This document shows, piece by piece, positions 43,852-57,959 of a DNA stretch of 64,000 nucleotides. A program made the translations under genes and the position numbers. This DNA is from Octopus vulgaris (Eukaryota), in the NCBI GenBank assembly GCA_951406725.2, contig OX597820.1, forward strand, positions 78,616,001 to 78,680,000, read 5' to 3'. Numbering within the stretch: position 1 is the stretch's first letter; every line of letters starts with the position of its first letter. The notes beneath the pieces are model-generated. The model did not search any database. It had not been told where the DNA came from and worked only from the letters and a program-made list of their open reading frames with translations.

Positions 43852-44235
43852 AGAGGCGCAGGCGTAGCTGTATAGTAAGACGTTTACTGCCCATCCCCAT
43901 CGTTCCGGGTTCAGTCCCACTGTGTGGCACCCGAGCCTTCTCACAAAGGCTTGTGAGTGGATTGGATAAACAGAAACTGAAAAGAATCCAGTCGTACACG
44001 TGTGTGAGTGAGTGTGTATGTGTGTTTTGGTGTTTGTGTTTGTCTCACACCACTACTTGACAAACAGTGTTGATGTGTTTATGTCCCCGTAACTTAGTGG
44101 TTCGGTAAAAGGGAGCGATAGGGTAGACGGCAGGCTTTAAAAATGTACTTAGATTCGTTCGACTAGAAATTCTTAAATGCAGTACCCCAACATGGCCGCA
44201 GTCTAATGACTGGAACTAGTAAAAGTTAAAAGATA
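43852..44235 (+). mobile_element. SINE family A
   Basis: Head aggcgcaggcgtagctg, B-box, internal TG tract and 3' half. Confidence 0.85.
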
Positions 44236-44452
44236 CAAGATAAAAGCTGGAATATCTTAAAACACCAAATTCCCGTCTACAGACCTGTTGTCATTTTTGG
44301 CTTTTTTTTTATCACCATTCCAGTGCCATCGCCTCTTTAAAACTGGTTGGTCTCGTACAACATTCATGGAAGCACTTTCAACTTTTTCCTCTCTCAACCT
44401 CTCATCAACCTTATCGTCTATAGTCCCAAACACTGCACAAAACACACACACT

Positions 44453-44494
<42 letters not shown>

Positions 44495-45129
44495 GTTCTT
44501 CCTGGCTCTTTTCTCAGCAATTTCTTTATCGACACTCTGATGTTAAAATATGCAAATGACTGAGCATAGTTGCTATAACAACAACAACAACAACATAAAT
44601 ATACACATCGCATCCTTTTGATTGTTGATTAGACAAGATTAATGGCGCTTATCGGAACGCCTAAAATAACCCGATGTGCGTTTCGTTGATGTTTTCTTTT
44701 TGACTTTCAAATCTTCAATAATGTTGTTAATGAAGAACATTATATCTTTGAAAACAGAAAAAAAAAAAAAAAAAACAGAGAAAAATTTCTGGCGCGTTAT
44801 TCTTTTTGTTATTTTTTATTGTCTTTATGTATATATATATATATCTTTTTTTTTTTTTAACATTTTCTGTCACTTGTTTAGAACTTTTGTTGAGTTTGAA
44901 ATTTCATGATTCTCTTAGTAACATTTCCAAAATTTATTTTGAAGAACTGCTTAACAAAATATAATAATAATTATTTTCAAGACTAACACAGAAATAAAAA
45001 TAAATAAAAAATAAATGTTTAAAATAAAAAATACTGTTTTAAAAAGTCCATAGTTTGTGTGATTCCATTTGAATTGAGATTTTTCTGTTTCGTGTGAAGT
45101 ACCAAAAATAAAATATCTTTTACTTTTTA

Positions 45130-45473
45130 TTCGTTTCAATCATTGGACTGCGGCGAGGCTGGGGCACCAGCTTGAATGACTTTTCGTCGAACAAATCGAG
45201 ACCAGTACTCATTTTCTCAGTTTGATACTTATTTTATCGGTTTCTTTTGTTCAACCACTATGTTACAGGGGCGTAGTCAAATTAACACCGGTTGTAAAGC
45301 GGTGCTGGGATCAAACACCGATGTAGACACAACATTATTTACATTATTTACATTTGGCGGATATTTGTCCTCATCTTATTTGTTGTTAACACAACGTTTC
45401 GGCTGATATACCCTACAGCCTTCATCAGGTGTCTTGGGGAAATTTCGAACCTGGGTTCTCATTCATAAACACT

Positions 45474-45556
<83 letters not shown>

Positions 45557-46040
45557 TGTATGTATGTATGCATGCATACATGTATGTATGTATGTATGTA
45601 TGTATGTATGTATGTATGTATGTATGTATGTATGTATGTATGTATGTATGTATATATATTATATATGTATTTGCCATACTGGACCGCTGAACTCCACACG
45701 CCTTTTTAAATCTTTCTCTGTTTATTTCTTCTTATTCCTTTCTGTTGAAGAGCGTAGGCTCGAAATGTAAAAGAGCTTTTCATTTTCCCCGAGCGTCAAA
45801 CTAATACACTTTCTTGTTGTTCATACACCTGTCTTCATCTTTTGTTTTTCGATAAATATATATCTACGGCAGGCTTCCACACAGATTCCGTCTATCATAT
45901 CTATTCTCAAAGCATTGGTCAACCAGGGACTATAGTATAGTAAAAAAACACTTGCCCAGAGTGTTGGGCGGTGGAACTGAACCCGAGACTACTTGGTTGC
46001 AAAGCGAGCTTCTTGTTCAAACATCCATGCCTACACCTAC
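45130..46040 (-). mobile_element. Old SINE family A split by nested insertions in its internal microsatellite
   Basis: The 3' half lies at about 45130-45325 and the head at about 45865-46040, in the same orientation. Confidence 0.6.
45388..45433 (-). ncRNA. Minimal type I hammerhead ribozyme motif (Penelope-type)
   Basis: The minus strand reads gacac-CTGATGA-a-GGCTG-tagggtatat-CAGCC-GAAAC-GTT-gtgtt. This gives an intact core, a 5-bp stem II, stem I gacac/gtgtt and a palindromic ACGT stem III. Confidence 0.75.
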
Positions 46041-46088
46041 ATTTTCCGGATTTATTTTGAGGAATTCCTTCGCAAAATATAAAAATTA

Positions 46089-46482
46089 TTCTTTTCTACT
46101 CTAGGCACAATGTCCAGAATTTTGTGGGAGGGAGCCAGTCGATTAGATCGACTCCAGTACATAACTGGTACTTAATTGATCGACCCCGAAAGGATGAAAG
46201 GCAAAGTCGACCTCGGCGGAATTCAGAACGTAATGGCAGACGAAATACCAATTTCTTTACAACCCAAAAGTGGCTAAACACAGAGAGGACAAACAAGGAC
46301 AGACAAACGGATTAAGTCGATTATATCGACCCTGGTGCGTAACTGGTACTTATTTAATCGACCCCGATAGGATGAAAGGCAAAATCGACCTTGGCGGAAT
46401 TTGAACTCAGAACGTAGCGGCAGACGAAATACTGCTAAGCATTTTGCCCGGCGTGCTGACGTTTCTGCCAGCTCGCCGCCTT
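46089..46482 (-). mobile_element. SINE family B dimer
   Basis: Same structure as 9473-9871. Confidence 0.9.
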
Positions 46483-47077
46483 ACAATGAAAATTAATATA
46501 ACACTAACACGGAAATGAACATAAATATTTATGATAAAAACGCTCGTTTAAAAAAAATCTATAGCCTTTACGATTCCAATCAAATTATGTCTTTTTATTT
46601 CATGTGAAGTACCAAAAACAATATAAACAAAATATTTTTAGGTTTTTGTTTTCTGTGCGTTAAATGGCCACGTTTATCAATATGGAACGTTTGATACAAA
46701 ATATATTTATAGGACTGTTTAACATTGGCTCGGTTAAATTACTAAATCTAAATATTAACCAGGCTATATCTTCAATAAATGTTTTATTTCGGTGTCTGTT
46801 TTGGCTTCTTTGATTTCAGTTGCCGTCAGTAGTTAGCTGCACATGCTGCAGTTGTTATTGATAACAGTGTTTATAATGACATAGGCGACCTTGGGCCGCT
46901 TATTTCATTATAAATGTAACAACTTTATGGCCATGTTTATGGCCAGATCATGTGTGCTATGAAATATGACGAATATTATTCTCATAATTTTCTTTGGCAA
47001 CGCCACCGGACATGGGTAGCAGAAACGGCTGTTAGCAATGTAAAAGTTTTGTATTTAAAGAATAATAACCGAAGGTA

Positions 47078-47852
47078 GTCTACAGACAAGAGATTACATA
47101 AATGATTCATTCGTTGATAGGCGAAACCGCTGGTCTGTGAGTAATTCTGGTTTTTTATATATTTTTCATCTGTCTTGCCCGCATATTGTTCTGGTGTCCG
47201 CTGAATTTTCCTCTGGAGAACATTCTTTTCTTTGTAGTTTGATCGTAGGTTATCTACTTCTCACATACGGCTGACCACCTAGTGGTTTTCTAGCCCTTTA
47301 AATATACACATGTATTAGAATTTTCTCTGATTTTTCAGATTTGTGTATGCTAGGCTACTGGTTTTAAATTGATATTAATTAAATTAATATTCAATTTATC
47401 TCCTCATTATTTAAATGTTAAAATAAATATGTTCTCTAATAGGCAGCATTAACTGCAGTAAATTATTTACTGCAGATTTTGTTTCCGGAATTTTAGCGCA
47501 CCAGAACTAAGACATTTGAAATTAACCCCAATGTAATCGGTGAAACTGAGCACGTGTCTGTTTTTATACGGAAAACTGGTGGTTAGTTTTACAAATTACA
47601 TTACCTGTGGAACGATTACACTGACGAGCCTACGGACGAGAGATTACATGTGATTCATTCGTTAATAGGTGAAACTGTCGGTCTACGAGTAATTCTTGTT
47701 TTTTATATAATTTTCATCTGTCTTGCCTGCATATTGTTCTGGTGTCCGCTGAATGTTTCTCTGGAGAACATTCTTTTCTTTGTAGTTTGATCGTAGGTGA
47801 TCTACTTCTAGTATACGGCGGACCACCTAGTCGTTTTTTAGCCCTTTAAATA
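47078..47852 (+). repeat. Two ~225-bp direct repeats (Penelope pseudo-LTR-like)
   Basis: 47078-47305 and 47628-47852 are colinear and highly similar. Confidence 0.85.
47614..47692 (+). ncRNA. Hammerhead ribozyme motif
   Basis: gattaca-CTGACGA-GCCTA...TAGGT-GAAAC-tgtcg-GTC-tacgagtaat. Confidence 0.6.
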
Positions 47853-48804
47853 CACACACACACACACACACACACATAAATATTTATATATATATATATA
47901 TATATATACATACATACATACATACATACATACATACATACATACATACATACAGAATCAAATTTTTGCCCAATAGGAAACAAATGCAAGCATATACGCT
48001 AGAGGACAAAGAGTCCAAATGCATTCACAAATCTACACGACATACACAAGCGTTTCGCCTACACAACATACACAAGCGCACAACACATGTTAGTTCAGAA
48101 ACAAATACGGTCACATTAAGTAAATTAGATGCATGACATTTCGCTTATCTCCCTTTACTGCTGCGATCTTTAAAAGAAGTTACTAAGTCATTCGAGTCGT
48201 AATAAATTCACGTTTTGAAAATATATCACCAGCAATTGACAGCAACATTTTCTCACTGATAACACTTTGCCTTTGACATTTTCAATATTTTATTTTCTAT
48301 TTTATATAATATATTCGGAAAGGTTCGAACGTGACTATAACAAGGAATGAATTGGAAAGGCCTGGAGAATTTTACAGAAAAAGTACTGCGTATGATTCCT
48401 TCTCTACATTACAAGATGTATCTATCGCGTTACTTCTGCAAATCAAACATTGGTTCCTAATTCTGCAAGCTGCGTTCTAGAGTGATAAATGTTTTATTCA
48501 GAAAGAAAACGCATTTCGATATGTATACAAATATAACTCCCATATGTTTACTTTGATCTACATTTGTATGTACGTGTTTATATTATTTTTCTGTGTGGAC
48601 ACCTATGTGATTGTCTTTCTGGTTGCTTTTGTTTTTACATCGATTAACACCGTTGCTATGCCGAGTTTCTCATCTTTGTGCGCTTGATAAGTTGAAATTT
48701 TCCTGTCACATGCACGAACGCACAAAAAACGAGAATATAATAGCAGCTAGCAAATAAAGTCAAACCGTATGTATCAAGTAAGATTTTTCTCATTTGAATA
48801 TCGG

Positions 48805-48886
<82 letters not shown>

Positions 48887-49009
48887 TATATATACACACA
48901 TATGCGTATCTCTTTTACATATATGTGCGTGTGATTGTGTGTGTATATATCTTCATAAATATACACATATATGCATATATATATATATGTCAATAATAAA
49001 AATAACGGT

Positions 49010-49170
49010 TTTCAATTTTGCCACAAGAGCAGCAATTTTGGGGGAGGAGATGAGTTGATTACATCGACCCCAGTACGCAACTGGTACTTATTTTATCGAC
49101 CCCGAAAGGATGAAACGTAAAGTCGACCTCCATGGAATTTGAACTCAGAACGTAGCGACGGGCGAAATAA
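49010..49170 (-). mobile_element. SINE family B, partial
   Basis: atcgaccccagtacgcaactggtac...gaccccgaaaggatgaa...gaatttgaactcagaacg. Confidence 0.85.
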
Positions 49171-49899
49171 TCAATAATGATAACGATAAGGATTATTACG
49201 AAGCAACATAACATTACCATATATATATATATACAACTTCAAATAGACCTACACACATATATATGGGTGTGTATAAAAGCGTAGAATTGGGAGGAGAAGT
49301 GAGAGATGAATACAGATTTATTATTTCCGTATGATTTCCATATGGTTACAGCCGTTTCGTAATCGTCCCCATATATATATTACTAATCATTAATTTCAAC
49401 ACCAAACATTATACACGTACATGAATAATACTCAGCGTCATATAATATAATTGTATAATCACAGACAAGTGTACAAAGGTGTGTTCAGTTGTACGACGAA
49501 CATGATACACAAATCATAATTTATCTACGGTGTGAACTAATAGCCGATTTCTTGCAGAAATGCCTGTTGTTGGTTCTTCTTAATTCTCAGAAGTCAATTT
49601 TCTACCTTATTTCTGTTCGTATGTTTGCATGTATTTATATGTGTGAGTGTGTGTGTATTACCCAGAATACTGGCAAAGTTTGTTAGATTAATCTATAACC
49701 ATGGTTACAATCGTATGTTTAATAAGTATTTTTAGCATCGTTGTAAAAATAAACTTCTGGTGCACCACTATTATCTCAACAACCATCGAACAAAAATGAA
49801 TCGATTATTGATTGGTTTCAACTTTCGCTAAAGCACTCGTCAGGAATTGTTTCCTCAACTCTGACCACTGTAAGAAAATAACACTACATATAAAAATGT

Positions 49900-51000
49900 T
49901 TGAGAGGAACCCGACATTTATTTCATATTAGTGCAAAGTAAACAGTACGGACTAATTAATTGAAACATCAATACAGAGTAATTGAGGTTAGTAGATTTGT
50001 AACCAAGTTTACAAATAATTCCATTTTACGTTCGTTTCGACACCTATCTCTTGATTCAGATGAAATTTTCGTTATATACCAGTTTTTGTTTAAAGCTACT
50101 TTTATTGCGTCGTTTTGGTACAGAGAAGATACCTCTATAACTAGGGATGGACACTCCAATTTCTAAAATATATATAAGCGTTAAAGTGAGTAATTAGAAT
50201 CTTCACAGCACTGATTCCCGTGATTCCCGATGTTCTCGCCATAATCTATAAAATACACTCTCAGACAATCTCTGCCTCATCAATTAAGCTATAACAGTAG
50301 AAACCGCTGAAACTTCCTATTTAGAGGATCGAGTTTGTCTAAGGTTGTCATAGAGTAATCATACACTCGTGGATGGCATTAACAGAAATTGTACTCACGG
50401 CAAATACCTTTAATACTCGTGATGCTCAACATATGATTTCGTGTATATCAAAGGACAGAGAGAAATATATGTCTTTACGGATTTATTTTGAAAGGAAAGG
50501 AATGTGGATGTGAACAGGTCCCGTAACTTGGAATAGTGTGGGCGGTGCTCACCTATGTACTAACCCACCACTGAAGTTTCGATTATGGTTGGCTGAAAAT
50601 GTCTAGATTCTGTAACAGCCGCCAATGTCACTAAATGCCATTTCTTTTGAACAACTCTAATTCGAAAAATCTGGTGAAATTGGATACTACAACTTTGCTT
50701 AACCTATAAATTCATAATGCAGAATTCTATCCAGACTGGTCCACGCTTACTCCTACAGATCGAATAAGAATATTCTCCAACGGTCCATTCAAGTGACTAG
50801 GTAAAATTTGGCATTTGTTCTTCCAAAATCTTACCGACATAAATAACTGCACCTATATCTTCTTCGTCCGTTTCCACATGCTAACTGAACGTACATTTTT
50901 GCTGTTCTCAATAGTAAAAAGGATCAAATGAAGCTCACATTTTTCTGAACGTATGCTAATCCTACAGAATTTTCTAGTGAAAGTTAAGTTGATTAACGGT
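49900..51000 (-). mobile_element. Possible very degenerate Helitron/Helentron Rep-region remnant
   Basis: Minus-strand QVTGPVHIHI (HUH-like, about 50530-50500) is followed by NWYITK (about 50085-50068), in Rep motif 2 then motif 3 order. The similarity is weak. Confidence 0.3.
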
Positions 51001-51980
51001 AATTACTCAAAGTTTTGTGTAGCTGTAAATCTAGCTCTGCAAAAAACAAATGAGTCTTTTTATCACTTGTTATCTCACTGACATTATTCTTGGGTCTACC
51101 AAGAAAATATGACTCTAAATATAATCCACAAACCATGTGCAGAAACACATCGTGTACGCATATTGTGTATGTATGCCTATATTTTAAGCAGCAAGCCTAG
51201 GTCATTTATAGTTAATTGATGAATTTCCTAGAACCCATGTCCTCTTAACCATGCTGACAACTCCAGAGCAATAGTATATGAATTGGAAGTCAGCATCAAA
51301 GACAAGTATGTGCGGGGGACAATTTTAATAAAGTTACAACCTTAGCAGAACACATCTAATAACTCAAAGAGAACAACACAGAATACGTAGTTATGTAAAA
51401 AGAAAAAATAGAAATTACAAATAAAAAGCAGGTCTTACATTAGTTGAGAAAAAAAGCTACTGGTAACGGCCGACGAGCTAGAAACACGTGTCTACAGCTG
51501 TTCTATTATCTCCTTGCAATAAGCATCTCCTTTTCCTTAATAGCATGTCAACTTTGGGGAATTCTTGATTTTTAAGATCGTCTCCCCTTTCATGTGAGGC
51601 TGGTCTTCATTGCATTCTGGTAATCATGACGCATCTTCAGGAAGCAGAAATAAGTTTAATGAATCTAGATCTTAAATATAGTATTGTGTATTTGTTTATT
51701 TTGCATCTGATATTTATTATTGATTTTCAATAATAATGAAGCTGTATCCCTTAATCTGCTGCTGCTTTTGTATACAAATACTGAGAACAAATCTTGCGGA
51801 ACCGACGTTATTTTAAACCTGAGGAGACACATCTACACCGACGGACACACCTAAAGCAGATGTTTAATATCCTATCCGAGAGGGATCGATGCTTGATGGG
51901 TCAAAACAATTGTAGTGATCAATAAACGTTTTCGTATCTTCCATCTTCCATTTCTCTCATTAATCATATGTATATATATA

Positions 51981-52062
<82 letters not shown>

Positions 52063-52069
52063 CTTATAT

Positions 52070-52563
52070 AACCAGTTAGAGGAAATGTGCTCTTGGAGTT
52101 AAAAAATCACAGTAACGACCGTTCGCACGGAACAGCCATGTTGAAGTGGCGACAAACATTACTTGCCAGTACAGTTAGAGCTTTCATCTCTTACACAGAT
52201 TTTATGACTGCTGGCTTGTTCCAAGATCAACAACCGAATATAGCTTATTTTCAATATATTGCGAACTGGTGCGAACTAATGCTATCTCTAGCAGATAAGA
52301 TGTCCAGCACTGTGGGCAGGCATAACCCGAAACCAGGCTGGTGTGCTGGTTCCGTCGCTAGAAGGTGGTAGGGTTTCGCTCCCCTGCTTGCAAAATATCA
52401 GATACAGGTTGCATCGTTAACCAGCTAGCGGAAATGTCCTTTTGGAGTTAGAAAATTGCAGTAAAATCCGTTCGTACGGAGCAGCTATGTTGAAGTGGTG
52501 ACAGACATTACTTGCCAGTACATTTTCTGCTTTCATCTCTTACACAGGTTTTATAACTAGCTG
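52070..52563 (+). repeat. Two diverged ~145-bp direct repeats, period about 349 bp
   Basis: 52070-52213 and 52419-52563 share ccgttcg.acgga.cagc.atgttgaagtgg.gaca.acattacttgccagtaca and gctttcatctcttacacag. Confidence 0.85.
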
Positions 52564-52612
52564 CTAATATGCGTGTCCGCGCGTGTGTGTGTGTGTATGT
52601 ATGTTTGTTAAA

Positions 52613-53022
52613 TAGGCGCAAGCGGGTCTGTGCGGTAAGTAGCTTACTTACCAACCACATGGTTCCGGGTTCAATCCCACTGCGTGGCACCTTGAGCAAG
52701 TGTCTTCTACTAGAGCCTTGAGCCGACCAAAGCCTTGTGAATGGATTTGGTGAACGGAAACTGAAAGAAATCCGTCGTATATATATACATGTGTGTGTGT
52801 GTATGTATATATATATGTATGTATATGTGTGTGTGTATGTTTGTGTGTCTGTGATTATCCACCCACCATCGTTTGACAACCGATGCTGATGTGTTTACGT
52901 CCCCGTAAATTAGTGGTTCGGCAAAAGAGACCCGATAGAATAAGTACTAGGCTTACAAAGAATAAGTCCTGTGGTCGATTTTTTCGACTAAAGGCGGTGC
53001 TCCAGCAAATGACTGAAACAAA
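52613..53022 (+). mobile_element. SINE family A, near full length
   Basis: Head, core, microsatellite and 3' half are all present. Confidence 0.92.
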
Positions 53023-53268
53023 TATAAGTATGTATGTATGTATGTATGTATGTATGTATGTATGTATGTATGTATGTATGTATGTATGTATGTATGTGTG
53101 TGTATGTATGTGTGTGTATGTATGCATGTGTGTGTATGTATGTATGTATGTATGTATGTATGTATGTATGTGTATGTATGTGTGTGTATGTATGCATGTA
53201 TGTGTATGTATGTGTGTGTATGTATGCATGTGTGAGTATGTATGTGTGTGTGTATGTATGTATGTATG

Positions 53269-53302
<34 letters not shown>

Positions 53303-53952
53303 TGTATGTATGTAGGAATGTATGTATGTATGTATGTATGTATGTATTGGCTGTAAGAGGTGGAAGCAGCCTTCGTACCGAATATTAATTTGCCCAAGAT
53401 ATGTTGTTAGGAACGCCGTGGGCTGCAATAACCGTCCTGAGAAATCATCTTCTGTAGATGCGGGGATGAATATGAATTAATTCTTTTTTTTCTTTTTATC
53501 TTTCTCGAAAATCTCGAGATATTTCAAAAAACGAATTAGTTCATATACATCAGAGATTTATAAAATTCTTATGACGTCAGCAATATATGTGTGTGTGAGT
53601 GTGTGTGAGTGTGTGTGTATGTGTGTGTGTGTGTGTATACATGCATACGTATATACTAGCCCTCTCCTACTCCTTTTTACTCTCTTTCTCTCTCTCACTC
53701 TGTCACTCTCTCTTTCTCTGTATGCACAGTTTTTCTCCTATTATTTGGATGGATGGATAGATGGATAGATGGTTGTACGTATGTATGTGAATCTACCAAG
53801 TCTATATTTCATGAAACTTGTAGTAGCTCAAGTATAACTTCAGTATTCATTAAAGGCGGTATGATTGTGTATGTATTATTATGTGTGTGTGCGTACATGT
53901 ATGTGCATGTTCGTTCCCGCGCAGATGTGTGCGCGTGTGTGTGTGTGTGTGT

Positions 53953-54011
<59 letters not shown>

Positions 54012-54076
54012 TGTGTGTGTAGCTAAATCAATTGTTTACAGTATGGTCATATTCTTTCGTATAAGCTCTTCGAGAA

Positions 54077-54687
54077 TGGCGGCGAGCCGTCAGAAACGTT
54101 AGCACGCCGGGCGAAATAAGTAGCCGTATTTCGTCTGCCGTTAGGTTCTGAGTTCAAATTCCGCCGAGGTCGACTTTGCCTTTCATCCTTTCGGGGTCGA
54201 TAAATTGAGTACCAGTTACGCACTGGGGTCGATATAATCGACGTAATACGTTTGTCTGTCCTTGTTTGTCCCTTCTGTGTTTTGTCTCTTGTGGGTTGTA
54301 AAGAAATAGAAATAGGTATTTCATCTGCCGCTACGTTCTGAGTTCAAATTCCGCCGAGGTCGACTTTGCCTTTCATCCTTCCGGGGTCGATTAAATAAGT
54401 ACTAGTTACGCACTGGAGTCGATGTAATCGACTTAATCCGTTTGTCCTTGTTTGCCCCCTCTGTATGTAGCCCCTTGTGGGCAGTAAAGAAATAAGAAAC
54501 GTTATCATGCCGGTTGAAATGCTTCACGTCTGTTTTTACGTTCTGAGTTCAAATTCCGTCGAGGTCGACTTTGCCTTTCATCCTTTCCTGCTCGATAAAT
54601 TAAGTACCAGTTGTGTACTGGGGTCGATCTAATCGACAGGACCCTCTCTCCAAAAATCTCGGACCTTGTTCCTAGCGTAGAAAAGAT
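54077..54687 (+). mobile_element. SINE family B trimer
   Basis: Head ggcggcgagc and three units, with an imperfect TSD taa(g/t)ctcttc(g/a)agaa. Confidence 0.9.
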
Positions 54688-55352
54688 TAATCTCTTCAAG
54701 AAGTCGGACTATCTAGTATGTCGAAAACACATGTCTAATGTAGCTTTTTTATTTTGGGGGTTTTACAGAAAGTTTTAATTCATTTTCCATTTATTTCTTG
54801 CTGAGGGGCAGAATTCCATCATTATGGTATATTAATAGGAACAAAAGATTTTATAACAATTATTCCAAAGCAATACTCCCCCTTTCAAAATACAGATATA
54901 AAAATATGAAGTCAAGCAGAGGAAAACGAAAGCTCAAAAATCACCAACAATAACTGTTAATGTGAAACGGAAATCTCTGGAAGAGAAATGAATGGTTTTG
55001 TTTTGGTTTTGATTCTTTTATCGTTTTTCTGGTTTCTCTTGCGAAACTCATTAATTGCGGAGAAATGGAGGAAAACATAGATGTCACTTATTTTGTGTTA
55101 TGAAAACCATACAAATCAGCTCTTTTTCTTCTGTTGTGATCGTTGCAGCGCTAATTAAACTAAAACAGTAAATGTGGTTTTTTATGTAATAATGCACACA
55201 CACACACAGAGTTATAATCAATTTTAATATCAAGAATGGGTAACAGCGTGGCTTCACTGCTTGGTTTGTCTTGTGATCAGAGGAGCGAAACTTCTAAGTT
55301 ATTCTCATTTGTAAAGGGAAAAAAACCGTTTATATATCATTTGTCTTTCACC

Positions 55353-56312
<960 letters not shown>

Positions 56313-56320
56313 CACATATA

Positions 56321-57622
56321 CAGGGTGCGGTGAATAAATTGTCGTCTACATTACACAAAAATGAAAATAACACTGACAATTCATTTTACCAGATATATCT
56401 ACCAAAATTACATAAAAATATCTTGAAATACTAAAGAGTAAATTTATTCAATAAAATCACTATTGGCTTCAACCAAGGTATTCAGACGACTTCAGAATCT
56501 TTCTACAACTCTTCTAGACAGTCTCTTTGTTTAAGTTGATGAATGCTGCCCTAATCCTCGCCTTCAGTTCCTTTTTGGTGATACAAGGAGTTTTGCTGAT
56601 CAGCTGCTCGACTGCTCCCCACACATAATAATCAAGGGGGTTACAGTCTGGGGAGTTAGGTGGCCAGATGTTAAGGGTGACGTGGCTGCAGAAACTGTCT
56701 GACAGCCATGACTGGGTTCTCCTGCTTGTGTGGCATGGTGCAGACTTCTGCTGCTAGACACAGGGTCTTCCAGCAGCCACCCTCTTGACTAAGGGCAGCA
56801 CTATCTCCTCCAGGCACTTGATGTAGGCCTCCATATTGAGTCTGAGGTCGTGTGGGAAGATGAATGGAGGCATAACGTCGCCATCACTAGTGATCATTCC
56901 AGACACCATGATGTTGACCGGATGTTTAATTTTTATCACTCTCGGTCCATGTTTTGGGTACACGGCAACGGTTGTTCTGTGCGTTCACCATCTGATCCTG
57001 GCAGAAAATTTTCTCGTCTGATAAAAACCAAACCATGTTTGGTTGGTGGGGATGCTTGAATTTGTTCAAAAGCTTCGTAGTGCTGTCTTGCCTGTTGTCC
57101 TTGATAGCTTGGGATAAAAAATTAGCTCTTTTTCATCTTGTATGAGGAATACCGAATATCTACATACACTACCTGTCTGATAAGAACCTCAGACACTCCC
57201 ATGTCCCTGGCGATGGACCTGATTGACTTGAAGGGATCGTGCCAATCATGACCTGGATCTCACCAACAAATTCAGGAGTTCTTTTCTCATCAGATCGATC
57301 AGAGTGAGTTTTCCGAGCTGGCATACCTTCGTGATCACCATTAGACTCATTCAACTCCTTCCGAATTCTCTGCACAGTCCTCAGATTGGCACTCAAACAT
57401 TCTGAAATGTTCATATTGGAGCTCTTCCGGCGTTAAAACCAAGCAGTACAGCATGTCGTTTCCAAATTTCTGACTGAGTGAATTGCGTCATGATACTGTT
57501 TTTCTCACAGACGGTGCCCAACTGACCCTACTATACTGAGTAGTCGACAACATTGAAGACAAACAATGCGCATGCGCAAAATTAAAAATATAAAATGAGG
57601 ACAGTTTATCTATCGCACCTTG
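56321..57622 (-). mobile_element. Full-length degenerate mariner-like transposon, DD37D (maT) family
   Basis: TA-cagggtgcggtgaataaattgtc ... gacagtttatctatcgcaccttg-TA inverted ends. Transposase KHPVNIMV.G.ITSDGDVMPPFIF...YIKCL and QQ(K)SAPCH...WPPNSPDCNPLDY has 37 residues between the second (mutated) and third catalytic positions. Confidence 0.9.
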
Positions 57623-57639
57623 TATATATTTCAGTGTAT

Positions 57640-57687
<48 letters not shown>

Positions 57688-57959
57688 AGGCGTAAGCTGG
57701 AATGTGAAGGAGACCTGGCTGCTGCTTCTAGCCGATCGGGTGACCAACCTTATACGTAGCGGATCCATCGTTAGTTAATGATATAATCGGTAGAGAGTCG
57801 GGAAAATGTCATGCCTCATTTATTTATGTCCATTTCCATTTTATGTTTATATTCCACCTAAGTCGACTTTATCTTATAATCCCTTCTTGGATCAATTGTA
57901 TAAATACTATTAAAACATCGATGGAGTCTGTTAACATGTCAATATTTGTGTATATTAAA

